Source of the DNA: Eledone cirrhosa
Taxonomy: Eukaryota
Length of the DNA stretch: 64,000 nt
Assembly: GCA_964016885.1 (NCBI GenBank)
Contig: OZ024742.1
Coordinates: 22,196,001-22,260,000, forward strand
Direction of reading: 5' to 3'
Made by a program: the position numbers and the translations under genes. The notes beneath the pieces were generated by a model, which worked only from the letters and a program-made list of their open reading frames with translations, was not told the DNA's origin and made no database searches. Positions 13,300-28,824 of the stretch are shown here, piece by piece; position 1 is the stretch's first letter, and each line of letters opens with the position of its first letter.

Positions 13300-16200
13300 A
13301 CCTACCCAATATCCCTCCCACCCGCCCCCACGCACCACCATTATTACGTGGGCCAATCATAAGTCAGCGGCCTATGCTATCACTTACCTGGTTGCCTTTC
13401 GATATGATGGATGGACTACGGAATTCTGGAGAGTTTGAAAATAAAAATCTGGACACTCAGTGACAATGCCAAAGATAAAGACAAATTCACCTCATGCTGC
13501 CGGACGAGAATGCAAGGATTCCTCCTCTTTGTTTCGGCCGCGGATGGCTAACATAACCCCATCTCCCTCACTCCACCCTGCGCCCCACTACTCCCACCCT
13601 CCAAACGCAATTCAAAACTTCAGAGTTGGTACCATGAATGTAGGCACCCTAAAGGGTCGCTCTAACGAGGTTGTAGAAATGCTTGAACGTAAGGAGGTCG
13701 ATGTTTGTTGTATTCAAGAGACCAGGTGGAGGGGTGGGTCTGCTAGGTATATTGTGGGTAAAGAACGATGCTATAAGCTTTTCTGGGTGGGAAATGACAA
13801 TGGGCTGGGTGGAAGCAATCATGGTAGCAGAAAAGTGGGCAGATAAGATAATAGACGTAAATAGGGTGAACGACAGAATAATTAAAATAAGACTTGTCCT
13901 CAATAGAACTACTGTGACAATAATATCTGCATATGCACCACAATCCGGACTGCCTGGCATTATAAAAGACAGATTCTATGAGACATTGATGCTCACTACC
14001 TCCCAAATAACCGACAGTGACTACATAGTTATCGCTGGCGACCTAAATGGTCACGTTGGACAACATTGTGACGGCTATGATGGAATCCATGGAGGCTATG
14101 GGTTTGGTACTAGAAATGAGGAAGGCTCCAGAATCATGGAATTCTGTGACGCAAATAACCTAACTATCTGTAACACTAACTTCAAAAACGAGACAATCAC
14201 TTGATCACTTATAGATCGGGGGGAACACACAAGCCAGGTAGATTATATCCTTACCAGGAGACATGACAGAGTGTCTGTTGTAAACACTAAATCCCTCCCC
14301 CATGAAGAATGCACCTCTCAACATAGACTCATAATTAGCGACGTAGACTCAACATAGACTCATAAAACTCGAGACATACTCGCCAACAGAAGAGGACTAT
14401 CCTCAGGAGAAAAATATGGAAGTTAAAAGACCCCACAGCCAGTAATAAATTTAAAAGCATATTACTTGATGCTTTTGATAGTAAGGAAGAGCAATTAGAG
14501 TCGTACAATATAGAGGAACAGTGGGAATTCCTGAAAGCTAACCTGCTGAAGGCAACAGATGAAACCTGTGGCTGGAGCAGGCCTATAGGCAGGAGGAGAG
14601 TAACTTGGTGGTGGAACAGGAAGGTGGAGGGGTCAATCAAGGCCAAAAAGCAGGCTTGGAAAGCATGGCGGGATGGGAGAAGTAGAGAAGACTATCAAGT
14701 GGCCAGGAGGGAAGCTAGGAGACAAGTGTACTTCGCAAGAAGGGAAGCAGAGGAAAGAAAGTTCAAGCATGTTCTACAACGCGAGGACCAAAAACGTGAG
14801 GTGTTCAGGATTGCTAGGCAATGTGTCAAGGAAAACAGTGATATTGTTGGGGAGAAGTGTGTCCTTAATGATGATGGTGTACTTGCCATCACTGATGCTG
14901 ATAAGAAGGTAGCTTGGAAGTGTCACTACAAAAGGCTACTAAATGAGGAGAATAATTGGGAGAAAGACAATCTCCCCCACATCGACCCAATAGAGGGACC
15001 AGCAGTGCAAGTTGAAAGTAGTATAATAAGTAAGGCGATCAAAGACATGAAGACGGGCAAGGCGGCCGGGCCTTCGGAAATAGTTGCTGAAATGCTGAAA
15101 GCATCTGGAACGGTGGGACACACTATGGTCACCCGGATAGTAAACCAAGTCATACAGAATGGGGTCGTTCCAAAGGACTGGCGCAGCAGCATCATCATTA
15201 ACTGCTACAAGGGAAAAGGTGATGCCTTAGATAGGGGAAACTATAGAGGCATTAAATTAATTGACCAAGTCATGAAGGTCACAGAAAAAGTAATAGCGAC
15301 AACTAATCAGAGAGCGAATTGATCTAGACGAAATGCAGTTCGGGTTTGTGTCAGGTAAAAGTACAACAGACGCTCTCTTCATTGTACGACAACTACAGGA
15401 GAAGTACCGAGCTAAAAGTAAACCCCTATACTTAGCCTTTGTCGACTTGGAGAAAGCTTTCGACAGAGTCCCCCGTTCCATTATCTGGTGGGCTCTTAGA
15501 AAACTAGGTGTTGACGAATGGCTTGTGAGAGCTATACAAGCCATGTATAAAGAAACAGTCAGCAAGGTTAGAATTAACAACGAATATAGTGAAGAGTTTA
15601 GCGTAAAAGTTGGTGTTCATCAGGGCTCCGTCCTTAGCCCCCAACTATTTATTCTTGCCCTTCAGGCTATAACAGAGGAGTTCAAGACTGGCTGCCCATG
15701 GGAACTCCTATATGTAGATGATCTAACGCTCATAGCTGAATCAATGGCTGAACTAGAGAAGAATTTACAAACATGGAAGCATGGCCTAGAATCAAAAGGC
15801 CTTAAAGTTAACTTGTCTAAGACTAAAGTTCTAGTTTGTAGGAAGGAAAATAGGGCACCGGTCCCATCTGGGAAATGGCCATGCTCAGTGTATAGGAAAG
15901 GAGTAGGCAGAAACTCCATTTTATGTCCCAAATGCAAAGTATGGGTGCATAAAAGATGTAGTTGGATCACAGGTAAGCTAACTAAGAATATAGATTTTAT
16001 ATGTGGCCGGTGCTCTGGTGCAATAAGTAGCAGCAAGTGCCCACTGAATACTAGCTCATTCCATTGCACAGATGGTTCTATAGAAATATTGGACAGCTTC
16101 CGTTACCTGGGTGACAAAATCAGCAGTGGGGGAGGGTGCTCTGAAAGTACAGTAGCTAGAGTCAGAACGGGATGGAAAAAGTTCAGAGAGCTTATACCAC

Positions 16201-17056
16201 TATTGGCCGCTAAAGGGTTCTCTCTAAAAATGAAAGGCAGGCTGTATGATGCCTGCATACGAACAGCAATGTTACATGGCAGTGAGACCTGGGCATTGTG
16301 TGCAGAGGATATACACAGACTGGAGAGAAACGAAGCTTGCATGCTCCGCTGGATGTGTAAAAGTAATATACGTGAACGGCAAAGCATAAACGAACTAAGG
16401 GAGAAATTAGGAATAAGAGGGATCAGATGTTGTTTATTTGAGAGAAGACTACGTTGGTACGGTCACGTGATGCACATGAAAGACGACAGCTGTATAAAAA
16501 AGTGCAGGGCGATAAAAATAGACGGTAGCCATGGAGTAGGCAGACCCAGAATAACCTGGGACGACTTGATAAATTCCGACCTCACACACTTACACCTCTC
16601 CAAGACAATGTCACTGGACTGAGATCTTTGGTGCTACACAGTTATACAGAAGACCCGCCTTACCTAAGTACAAAGCGAAACCTACAGTCAGTAGGCACCT
16701 CTAACAAAATACATCCCCGTCCCCACTACCCCCACCCCATCCACACCACCGCCTTAAATGTGAAGTTATGTTGGTACCACAGTCCGAAACAAATGAGGTT
16801 GTGTAGGTGTCATGACAAAAAAAACACACAGTCCACGCTGTAATGTGGCCGTGTAGGTAACACGGTAAAAACCCCCCAGTCCACACTGTAAACGTGGTTG
16901 GTATTAGGAAGGGCATCCAGCCGTAGAAAACCCGCCAGACAGTCCTATACGAGCAGGATAACCAATCTTGCCTCAAGTGGGAAAACTCCCGTCCAAACCC
17001 ATGCAAGCATGGAAGATGGACGTTAAACGATGATGAGGATGATGATGATGATGATG
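13300..17056 (+). mobile_element. Near full-length RTE LINE, frameshifted (APE endonuclease plus RT)
   Basis: GTMNVGTL..IQETRW (ORF 13460), SAYAPQ/GDLNGH (ORF 13683), NYRGIKL (ORF 14624), QFGF/DLEKAFD/YVDD (15333-16622), then 3'UTR and (GAT)n tail. Confidence 0.97.
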
Positions 17057-17204
17057 ATATATAGGGAATATATATATATATATATATAGGGAATATATAT
17101 ATATATAGAGAATATATATATATAGGGAATATATATATATAGGGAATATATATATATATATAGGGAATATATATATATATATTCCCTATATATATATATA
17201 TAGG

Positions 17205-17235
<31 letters not shown>

Positions 17236-17237
<2 letters not shown>

Positions 17238-17355
17238 AGGGCACGCTGAAAAGTTCATTGGCTGACTATGAAGAAGTGATGCTAGAGCTGTGAAATCTTG
17301 CATGCATCAATTTCAACTTTTCTTATTATTAATAACTGCATTGTTTCTTTCCAAG
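17236..17355. mobile_element. Mariner-like terminal fragment
   Basis: TA|CAAGGGCACGCTGAAAAGTTC resembles mariner TIR starts. Only one end is present. Confidence 0.45.
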
Positions 17356-18065
17356 ACCCATGTTAAAAATAAACCTCATTTGGTCATTCCATGAGAGTAT
17401 CTTGGTCAATCAACACTCATACATATACAAGATTTGCTTCCTTTGGGTTTGTCTGTGTCAAATTCCTTCACAAGTCATTAATTAGCCTGAAGCTATTGTA
17501 GAAGCCACTTCTCTAAAGTTCCACACAGTGGAGAGAACCTGACCCCACATGGCTGCAGAGTAAACTATTTTACTGCAGAACCATGCCTGCACATACCCAG
17601 CCATACCACCATCAATACCACTCAGGCATATCTGCAGCTGTCCCTCTCACACTCTCTCTCATTCTCTCTATCTCTCTCATGCTCTCTCTGTCTCTCTCTA
17701 TCTCTCTCTATCTCTCTCGCACTCTCTCACACTCTCTCTATCTCTCTCACACTCTCTCTATCTCTCTCACGCTCTCTCGATCTCCTGGACACTCTCTATA
17801 TCTCATACGCTCTCTCTGTCCCTCCCACGCTCTCTCTATCTCTCTCAAGCTCTCTTTCTTTCCCTCACACTCTCACTGTCTCTCTCTGTCTCTCTCATGC
17901 TTTTTATCACTATATCTTTCCATTTCTCTTCTCTTTCCCCCCCTCTCAATCTCCTTCTCACTCTCTACCTCTCACTTATTATCTCTCTCATACACACACT
18001 CTCTCTCTTTCTCCTAAACCATCCCATTCTCTACAGACACACATACTTTCTCTCATGCAAGCTCT

Positions 18066-18558
18066 TCTACACAGCCATATCGGAAGCTACACAGCCATAT
18101 CTGAAGCTACACAGCCATATCTGAAGCTACACAGTCATATTGGAAGCTACACAGCCATATCTGAAGATACACAGCCATATTGGAAGCTACACAGTCATAT
18201 TGGAAGCTGCATAATCACATTTGAAGCTACACAGCCATATCGGAAGCTACACAGCCATATTGGAAGCTACACAGCCATATTGGAAGCTACAGAGCCATAT
18301 TGGAAGCTACACAGCCATATTGGAAGCTGCATAACCATATTGGAAGCTACACAGCCATATCTGAAGCTACACAGCCATATTGGAAGCTACACAGCCATAT
18401 TGGAAGCTGCATAACCACATTTGAAGCTACACAGCCATATTGGAAGCTACACAGCCATATTGGAAGCTACAGAGCCATATTGGAAGCTACACAGCCATAT
18501 TGGAAGCTGCATAACCATATTGGAAGCTACACAGCCATATCTGAAGCTACACAGCCAT
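18066..18558 (+). repeat. 20-bp minisatellite (TGGAAGCTACACAGCCATAT)n
   Basis: About 24 units, with variant units recurring in a higher-order pattern. Decayed relatives continue to about 19200. Confidence 0.95.
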
Positions 18559-19827
18559 GTCATTACTCCGCACCTAAACAAACATGGCTGCATCAACACC
18601 ATGCAGTCATATCTGCAGCTGCACAGACATATCTGCACTTAACCAGATAAGTCTGCACCTTGCACTTATATTATCATAGCTGCACCTATCAGTATCCAGC
18701 TATGTCAGTGTCTATATCACACAGCCATGTTTGTATCTGCACTTAACTAGCTATATTTACAAACTGCACAAACACAGCTATGCCTGCACCTACACAACTA
18801 TACCTGCACAAATACAGCCATAACTGCACATATACAGCCATACATGCACCAACACAACCATCTACATAGCCATACTTGCACCTACAGCCATACTTGCATC
18901 TACATTGGCATTACTGTGCATACACAGGCATATCTGCAATTACACACCAACATAGGCATACATGCACCTACATAGTTATGCCTGCACATATACAACCATG
19001 CATGCATCTACACAACCATAGCTTTACATACACAGGCATGTTTAAACCTAAACAGACATATGTGCACCTTAACAGATATTATACCCATCTAAACAGGTAT
19101 GTGTAAACAGACATTTGTGTATCTAAACAGACATTTGTGCACCTAAACAGACATGTGTACATCTAAACAGACATGGGTGCACACATATAAACATGCCTGA
19201 ACCTATAAAGCCATATTCTAAATATTTATTTCAGCAACACTTTAAAACTTTATTTTTTATAAGAATAATTTTCTGTATTATTGATTTAAGTAAAAAACAA
19301 AAAATAAATAAACAAAAAAAAAAACAAGGTAAAAATACAAAGAACAACAAACAACAATTAATAATTACTGTGTTATTTCTAATTATCAGATTTCTTAACA
19401 GATAACATTAAAGTGAAGATATATAATAATATTTACAAAGCCCTGGGGTGGGATGTGTTCTTACTTTAATTGAGTGGAAATATTTTATTATTGATACAGA
19501 TTTTTAATTAATAAATATATTTATCTAATCTTGTTTCCGTATTTGGTCAATCATATTTAATAGTGAAGAATCTTCTGGTAAAAAAGAAGCCCCATGGAAT
19601 TGGAAATGTGAGAGATACAATACAGTAACTTTAGCTCTTTAGAATTCTTGTAAATAATCTATGGCTATTTGTAGAAACTCTTAATTTATATTAGCATCGG
19701 TAAACTTGATAATGTCTAATGTGATGTTTCGATCGAGTAACTTGGTCAGTCTCAACAAAGACACACACAGACACATACACACTCACATGTATACATACAT
19801 TCTTCATATATATATACATACAAATAA

Positions 19828-19868
<41 letters not shown>

Positions 19869-20124
19869 TATTTTTATCAATATATATATTATACATATTT
19901 ATATTTATATCAATATACATATATCTATACATATATATTTATATCAATGTGTATATATATATATACATACATATAAGTATATTTATATTAATGTGTATAT
20001 ATATACATATATATATTTATATCAATGTGTATATATATGCATATATATTTAAATCAATGTATATAAATATATATATATGTATATTTATCAATATATATAT
20101 ATATATATCAATATATATATATAT

Positions 20125-20180
<56 letters not shown>

Positions 20181-20281
20181 ATACATGCATATAAAAATAT
20201 ATATCTATATATCTATCCATCTACAACATCTATATATATATATATCAATACATGTATATCTATATGTATATATATGTATGC

Positions 20282-20351
<70 letters not shown>

Positions 20352-20647
20352 ATATGTGTATACCATTGTTGGTCATAAACATTCTTCTAGATTGTAAAAT
20401 CTATAGCGTGTATAGAAACACATAAAATCCAGGAATCCATTTTGTCTGGTCTTTGTATTGGAAGCGGCAGTTAGAATTTTCCTTCTGACCGCTTTTCACT
20501 TTTTCTTTTTCCGATATCCTGATCCATTATTCTATATTTATAATCCTTGAAGGTCCTAGCTATATTTAACATCACAATATCAATAATAACACACAACAAA
20601 ACACACACACACATGTATATATATGTACAAACTCAGACAAATGGGCA

Positions 20648-20685
<38 letters not shown>

Positions 20686-21041
20686 TATATATATATATAT
20701 ATATATATGTATAAGTATGAATACATACAAATATATATATATATGTATACACATAGATACACACACACACACATGGATATATACACACACATGCATATAC
20801 ACACACACACATGTATATATATATATGCGTATGGTATAGCATGATCCACAGATGATCATTTGATATATCCAAACCTTAACATACATTGTAATCAATAGAA
20901 TTTGGATCTCGGCCAAACTTTCCATGATAAAAACTTTCCTTTTTATTATTTTCAATAGAATTATGGTTTGTTTATTTGTGGTGGTAGTGGTGGGGCCTGA
21001 TTTTATGTATATACATATATATATATATATATATATGTGTA

Positions 21042-21217
<176 letters not shown>

Positions 21218-21605
21218 TATATTTATACACATATAAATATATATACAAATACATATATATTACATATATAGATATATACAAATATATATATATATATATA
21301 TATATATTGTTACAGATAAAAATACATGCTCATACAACACACACATATACAACTCGCACATACACACACACATACAACATACATATACATACACACACAC
21401 ATACACACATACAACATACACACACACATACAACATATACATACACAAACACATACAACATACACACACATATAACACACACACTCATACAACACACACA
21501 CATCAGTTGATCACTTCATACATATAAACAAAAATATCAAATTTGGTCAGTTGTCAAAATTATTATTACTTGATACTATATATATATATGGATTTACATA
21601 CATGT

Positions 21606-21667
<62 letters not shown>

Positions 21668-21719
21668 ATTTATATATATATATATATATATGGATTTACA
21701 TACATGTATATATACATGT

Positions 21720-21782
<63 letters not shown>

Positions 21783-21794
21783 TATGATAATAAT

Positions 21795-22010
21795 GGAGCT
21801 GTGGCGCTGCAAATGGGTTACATATGAAAAAGTTTGTCCTCATCAGTGGCCTTCCAACCGTCGTAGGCATTTCATAGCACCACGGCCATTGCCAATACGA
21901 TTTGTTTTTATTGATTTATTATCTTAATCAAGACAGACAAACTGTAATATTATTATTAGTATATTTCAATCTAGCTAACTTGGTCATTTACAATACGAAC
22001 ATGTGTTTAT
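21795..22010 (-). mobile_element. Family D element fragment (permuted HHR-like motif)
   Basis: Minus strand TGAAATGCCTA...CCACTGATGAGGAC...CATATGTAACCCAT, shared with 27038-27100 and 47526-47590. Confidence 0.55.
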
Positions 22011-22037
22011 CAAATATATTAATTTATATTAACTTGT

Positions 22038-22069
<32 letters not shown>

Positions 22070-22172
22070 ATATATATACATATATATATTATTATTATAT
22101 ACACATATATATATATATATATATACATGTATATATATACATATATATATATACACATGTATATATATATAT

Positions 22173-22212
<40 letters not shown>

Positions 22213-22217
<5 letters not shown>

Positions 22218-22548
22218 CATCATCATCATCATTTTATGTCCGCTTTTCCCTGCTTGCAAGGGTGGGACGGGAACTGATTCTGGCTTGATTTCTACAGCTG
22301 GATGCCCTTCCTAACACCAACCTCATTTACAGTGAGTGCTGGGTGTTTTTTTGCCATGGCACCTCCATGACCACTTTGCAGTGGAATGATAGGGACCCTA
22401 TCATCTCATTTCTACAGCTGAGTAAACTGGAGCAATGTGAAATAAAGTGTCTTGCTCAAGGAAACAACACATCACTCGGTCTGAGAATTGAACTCACAAC
22501 CTTTCGATTGCAAGTCCAATGCTCTAACCACTAAGCCATCTGCCTCCA
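22213..22548 (-). mobile_element. tRNA-derived SINE with RTE tail
   Basis: Same family as 511-850. Confidence 0.9.
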
Positions 22549-22653
22549 TATATATACATATATATATTTACATGTATAGATATATAAATATATACATATA
22601 TATATATACATATATATATACGTATATATATATATTTATACATATATATATAC

Positions 22654-22725
<72 letters not shown>

Positions 22726-22741
22726 GTGTATATACATGGGT

Positions 22742-22812
22742 GATGTGTTGGTGTAATGGTAGCACAGTGGTCTGGATAACAAAAGATGTGGGTTCGACTC
22801 CCATGTACATCA
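22742..22812 (+). pseudogene. tRNA-like sequence (tRNA pseudogene or SINE head)
   Basis: GATGTG/TACATC acceptor-like stem, A box TGGTGTAATGG, T-loop GGTTCGACTCC. The anticodon stem pairs poorly. Confidence 0.55.
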
Positions 22813-23007
22813 ATACTCATCTTTTTCATTTTTCTGAGGGTTCTAAACCCCATTATCAGACTAAGATTTCTTTAGTCAAAAACATACGGTGAAAGCTATT
22901 CTATTTTCTAATTTCAAACCTGCTCACTGTTTCAAAACATACTTACATATTTATATACATATCATCATCATCATCATCATCATTTAACGTGACATATATA
23001 TATAGAC

Positions 23008-23038
<31 letters not shown>

Positions 23039-23201
23039 TGCACACACACTGATATATATATATATGTGTGTGTGTGTACTTTTGGTTGATGGGTGTGTAT
23101 ATGTTTATTTATATACAGTTTGGTTTGATGGATAGTTAAGGAATCTATGGAAGTTGGTTCTGCCAAATTTATCCTCAACTTAGAGAACAACTTGCCAAAT
23201 G

Positions 23202-23238
<37 letters not shown>

Positions 23239-23857
23239 TACAATAACAGAGATAGTTTAAAGCTAAACTCTGACTGGTAACCATCTCACTCAACAAACAT
23301 TAGGTTATATTAAAATATAAACCCAATTTAAGTGTTTAGGGTGCTAACAATATGTATAATGTGGAAAAACCAGTTGTATTATTTTATGAGATATAATTAA
23401 AGTTAAAGTATATCTCTCTTTCCAAACAATTGTTTCATTATAAGTTTTCTACTAGTTTGGGAGAATGTTTCCAGTTTATGTAGAAGCCTAATATATATTC
23501 TTGTAAGAATATATTTAGGTGGGCACTTATAAATCATCAGTGGAAGCCCATTAAACATTGATATAAGAAAACAATTTCTTACCGCTGTCAAAAATCATGT
23601 CCGTAAAGTAGCTCTCTCTCGCCTCGAATGACCACCGAATTTGAAATTCCAGCAGTTTTTGACTGAGGAAGTATCATAGCGACACGAAGCGGGAAGGGGA
23701 GACAACTCACGAAATGAGGAAAAAAATAATATACACGCGGGTTAATTAGTTTTTTTGAAAACATTATCAATCCAACGTGTTTAAGAACTCAATTGAAAAT
23801 AAAAAAATAAATATATGCTAGTATATATATGTATATATATATATATATGCTAGTATA

Positions 23858-23916
<59 letters not shown>

Positions 23917-24657
23917 CGGCGATGAATTAGTTTATACGAACATGCTAGACAACAACATGACGGTAACATAGACAACATAGAAATTAGAATAATATCTAAA
24001 CATAGGAATGACCCAGCAGATAGGCAAATCAGAGAGGCCAGTGAAATAGAAATTAGAAGACCAAAGCTAAACAGAAAGAATGAGTGGAACAACAACAACA
24101 CCCAAACAAACAACACTGACCTAAGAGAAGTATAAATAAGTAAATAAATAAAATAAAATAAAATAAGATAAATAAATACATACACAAGCACGATAACAAC
24201 AAGCACATAAACACACACTAGTCACCCAGCAGACACAACACTATACACACTAGTCACACAGCACACATAACACTATACACACACGCAAACGCATGCGCAA
24301 AAAAGACAAAATAAAATAAAATAAACAAACAAGCAAATAAATAAATAAATATATAGACAGACTGAATAAAAAAATGGTGTAGACATACAACACAACAGGA
24401 GGAAAAAATATAACACCACTGACGATGTTGCAGATGTGCAACGAAAGATTTATGTAAATTATGTAAACTATATATATGTGTTTGTGTCTATATTGTATCT
24501 GTATTATTTTTGACCGTCGGTCAGTCAATGGCAACATTGAGGACCGAGTAAGTTAGATCGCAGATATAAAAGACAGCGAGAAGCGAAAACCAACCAAACA
24601 GTGAGTGTGTTCTGTTATTAATTCTGGCAATATTACGCAAATATGACCCTCCCCAAG

Positions 24658-24722
<65 letters not shown>

Positions 24723-24767
24723 GTATATATATATGTGTATATATATATAAATATGTATATATATATA

Positions 24768-25776
24768 AAAGATTCAGAGAGCTTATACCACTATTGTCCG
24801 CTAAAGGGTTCTCTCTAAAAATGAAAGGCAGGCTGTATGATGCCTACATACGAACAGCAATGTTACATGGCAGTGAGACATGGGCATTGAGTTCAGAGGA
24901 TATACGCAGACTGGAGAGAAACGAAGCTTGCATGCTCCACTGGATGTGTAATAGTAATATACATGAACGGCAAAGCATAAACGAACTAAGGGAGAAATTA
25001 GGAATAAGAGGGATCAGATGTTGTTTACTCGAGAGAAGACTAGGTTGGTACGGTCACGTGATGCACATGAAAGACGACAGCTGTATAAAAAGTGCAGGGC
25101 AATAAAAATAGACGGTAGTCACGGAGTAGGCAGACCCAGAAAAACCTGGGACGACTTGATAAATTCCGACCTCACACACTTACACCTCTCCAAGACAATG
25201 TCACTGGACCGAGATCTTTGGTGCTACACAGTTATACAGAAGACCCGCCTTGCCTAAGTACAAAGCGAAACCTACAGTCAGTAGGCACCTCTAACAAAAT
25301 ACACCCCCGTCCCCACTACCCCCACCCCATCCACACCACCCCCTTAAATGTGAAGTTATGTTGGTACCACAACATCCAGTCCGAAACAAATGAGGTTGTG
25401 TAGGTGTCACAACAAAAAAACACACAGTCCACGCTGTAATATGGCCATGTAGGTAACACGGTAAAAACCTCCCAGTACACACTGTAAACGTGGTTGGTGT
25501 TGGGAAGGGCACCCAGCCGTAGAAAACCCACCAGACGTGTAGGTGTCACGACAATAAAACACACAGTCCACGCTGTAATGTGGCCGTGTAGGTAACACGG
25601 TAAAAACCTCCCAGTCCACACTGTAAACGTGGTTGGTGTTAGGAAGGGCATCCAGCCGTAGAAAACCCGCCAGACAGTCCTGAGCAAGACAACCAATCTT
25701 GCCTCAAGTGGGACAATTCCCGTCCAGACCCATGCTAGCGGGGAAAATGGACGTTAAACGATGATGATGATGATGA
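24768..25776 (+). mobile_element. RTE 3' fragment with about 140-bp 3'UTR duplication
   Basis: FRELIPLL...HGSETW, duplicated UTR unit, (GAT)n tail. Confidence 0.92.
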
Positions 25777-25787
25777 TATGTATATAC

Positions 25788-26006
25788 ATGGACATGCTCA
25801 CCGACATCCAGAGTTGACATTGCACTCAGTGCTCCTTTGGGAGCCCCTACATGGACACACTAGAAGAGGAAGACCAAGGTTAACATATGTTGATGCCCTA
25901 AGGACAGACACTGGTCTGTTGGAGATGCAGGATATGGCAGCGATAATGAGGGACAGAGACCGCTGGAGAGAACTCGTCCATGAATTTTACCCGCCTTAGA
26001 TAGATA
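25788..26006 (+). mobile_element. 3' end of a second RTE-like LINE family (also 27389-27517)
   Basis: [32 protein letters not shown], then a (TAGA)n tail. Confidence 0.8.
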
Positions 26007-26016
26007 TATATATATA

Positions 26017-26622
26017 TGGTATGGACACGTGATGCGCATGAAAGTCGATAGCTGTATAACAAAGTGCAGGGCAATAAAGATAGACGGTAGTCACGGAATA
26101 GGCAGACCTAGAAAAACCTGGGACGAGCTGATAAACTCCGACATCACACACTTACACCTCTCCAAGACAATGTCACTGGACCGAGACCTTTGGCGGTACT
26201 CAGTAACAGAGAAGACCCGCCTTACCTAAATATATAGTAAAACCTACTCCAGCCAGTAGGCATCTCTAACAAATACACCCCGTCCCACCACCCCCACCCG
26301 ATCCACACCACCCCGTTCTATGTAAAGTTATGTTGGTGCCGCGCCATCGAGGCCGAAACAAATGAGATCGTGTAGGTGTCACGACAAAAAAACACACAGT
26401 CCACGCTGTAATGTGGCCGTGTAGGCAACACGGTAAAAACCTCCCAGACCCACACTGTAAATGTGGTTGGTGTTAGGAAGGGCATCCAACTGTAGAAAAC
26501 CTGCCAGACAGTCCTATGCGAGCAAGACAATCACTCTTGCCTCAAGTGGGACTACCCCCGTCCAAACCCATGCAAGCGTGGAACACGGACGTTAAACGCT
26601 GATGATGATGATGATGATGATG

Positions 26623-26623
<1 letters not shown>
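26017..26623 (+). mobile_element. RTE 3' fragment
   Basis: Nearly identical to the reverse complement of 41760-42342; the translated ORFs are identical. Confidence 0.92.
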
Positions 26624-26653
<30 letters not shown>

Positions 26654-26656
<3 letters not shown>

Positions 26657-27132
26657 CTTCCCTGCTCTCTCTGTTTCTCTCACCTTCTTTCGCCCCCTCT
26701 GTCAGTTACACTTTCTCTCGACTGACCTCTTCCTCACACTTCCACTCACTCACTCTCTGTTTCTCCCCTTCTCACTTCCTCCCGTTTGGTTTGTGTAGGT
26801 CTTTTCTTGCTCACATCTGACACACATCAACATGGTCTGTACCTCTCTCGCTCATGAAATCCACCCAGTTTATGCTGACCGGACAACCATGTTGCTTGTT
26901 TATTTTCCTATCTTCGGTTTGCTTTTATCCTTCTATGTTGTTTACTTGTCCTCCTCGCTTTATGCGATTTACTGGTCCCAATAACTTTTTTTTACTTACT
27001 GCTCGCACCAACCTGAGGTATCTGATTTTTAATGCGATGAAATACCAATGGTGGTTGGAAAATCTCTGACGAAGGACTATTTTTATCATATGTAACCCAT
27101 GTGCAAAACACGCAGTATTCTTCTTTCTTCTC

Positions 27133-27138
<6 letters not shown>
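26654..27138 (+). mobile_element. Family D element (CT-rich leader plus permuted HHR-like motif)
   Basis: Colinear with 47140-47609. Flanked by (TA)n on both sides. Confidence 0.65.
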
Positions 27139-27188
<50 letters not shown>

Positions 27189-27199
27189 CATATATATAC

Positions 27200-27230
<31 letters not shown>

Positions 27231-27243
27231 CATATATATATAC

Positions 27244-27280
<37 letters not shown>

Positions 27281-27301
27281 CATACATACATATATACATA
27301 C

Positions 27302-27355
<54 letters not shown>

Positions 27356-27515
27356 ATATATATATACATATATATATATACATATATATATGTTGATGCC
27401 CTAAGGACAGACACTGGTCTGTTGGAGATGCAGGATATGGCAGCGATAATGAGGGACAGAGACCGTTGGAGAGAACTCGTCCATGGATCTCGGGAATTTT
27501 ACCCGCCTTAGATAG

Positions 27516-27546
<31 letters not shown>

Positions 27547-27555
27547 CATATATAC

Positions 27556-27602
<47 letters not shown>

Positions 27603-27984
27603 ATATATATATATATATATATAAATTTATTTATATATATATAATTATATATATATATAAATTTATATATATGTATATCAGTAAATTTCCTATCACATCC
27701 ATGCTTACATATATATATATTATCCAGACTCCTGGTGTATAAATGTTTGTATGTATTTATATCTTGATGCATGTATATATGTTTGTATGTATGAATGTAT
27801 GCATGTCTATATGTATATGGAGATTTGCATGTATTTGAATATATAGTGTTATTTAGATTTGTTTGCATAAATTAGTTTGTATATGTGGGTCTGTGGCCCT
27901 TGCTAGCACAGAAAGCGGACATTAAAACGACATTGATGATAATGATGATGATGATATATATATGTATGAATATGTGTATTTCTA

Positions 27985-28015
<31 letters not shown>

Positions 28016-28783
28016 GTAAATAAATATGTGTGTGAGATAGACAGAGGGTGAGTAAGCATGTATCAGTATGTATATATATAAGTATATATTAATATAATAT
28101 ATATATATATATATTAATATAATATAATATATATATATATATATATGTTTGATTTATCTCTGCACACACTCAGATACACACACATACACTTACACATACA
28201 CATACCCATACAAAGGCACATATATACAGCATTATATATGCATATTAATCAACTGGTGTATTCATAGGTTTGAGTAAAGAGAGCGTGTACGTGCATAGAG
28301 ACAAGATTATATAAAGTCATATTTGAGACAAAGGTTAGATCTTTACATCTATTGATAAACACATCAGAAATTTGATAGTTTCATATCTTTTTAGGCTTTG
28401 CTGCTGCTGCAGTCAAATGAAAGAAAAACAAAGATTTTTTTACTATTTTTGGCCAGAACTTTTCATGTCATAAATTCGCACCAATCTTACCCTTAAAGAT
28501 AATTAAATAAAGATAACAGAATCTTTCAGACTATCGCATGAGTGTATGTATATATATATATATATATAAATTCAGCGAGAATCGCATTTCGGCGGGTAGA
28601 AATAATGAAACGTAAGGCAAATTCTGAGTCATGCTGGCAAGTGCTCCATGGGCTAAAAGACCAGAGCTATAAACATAGGCTATAAAGGCCAAACAAACTG
28701 AGAAGGCGGTCATGAAGCCATAAACCACCTAAGCCAAAAAACAAGTCAAGCTAAACAGATCAGACAAAATAAATGACATAATC

Positions 28784-28824
<41 letters not shown>

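Noticed and set aside
18066-18558. Regular repeats superficially like a CRISPR array (also 32960-33556)
   Set aside because: Head-to-tail units without unique spacers, a eukaryotic context and no cas genes.
23240-23810. Non-repetitive, partly CpG-richer stretch as a possible host exon or promoter
   Set aside because: No recognisable protein motif or convincing splice pair; probably a decayed transposon fragment.
24425-24657. TATA-like GATATAAAAG with CAGT about 30 bp downstream, possibly a solo LTR or promoter
   Set aside because: Single copy with no definable termini or target duplication; insufficient support.
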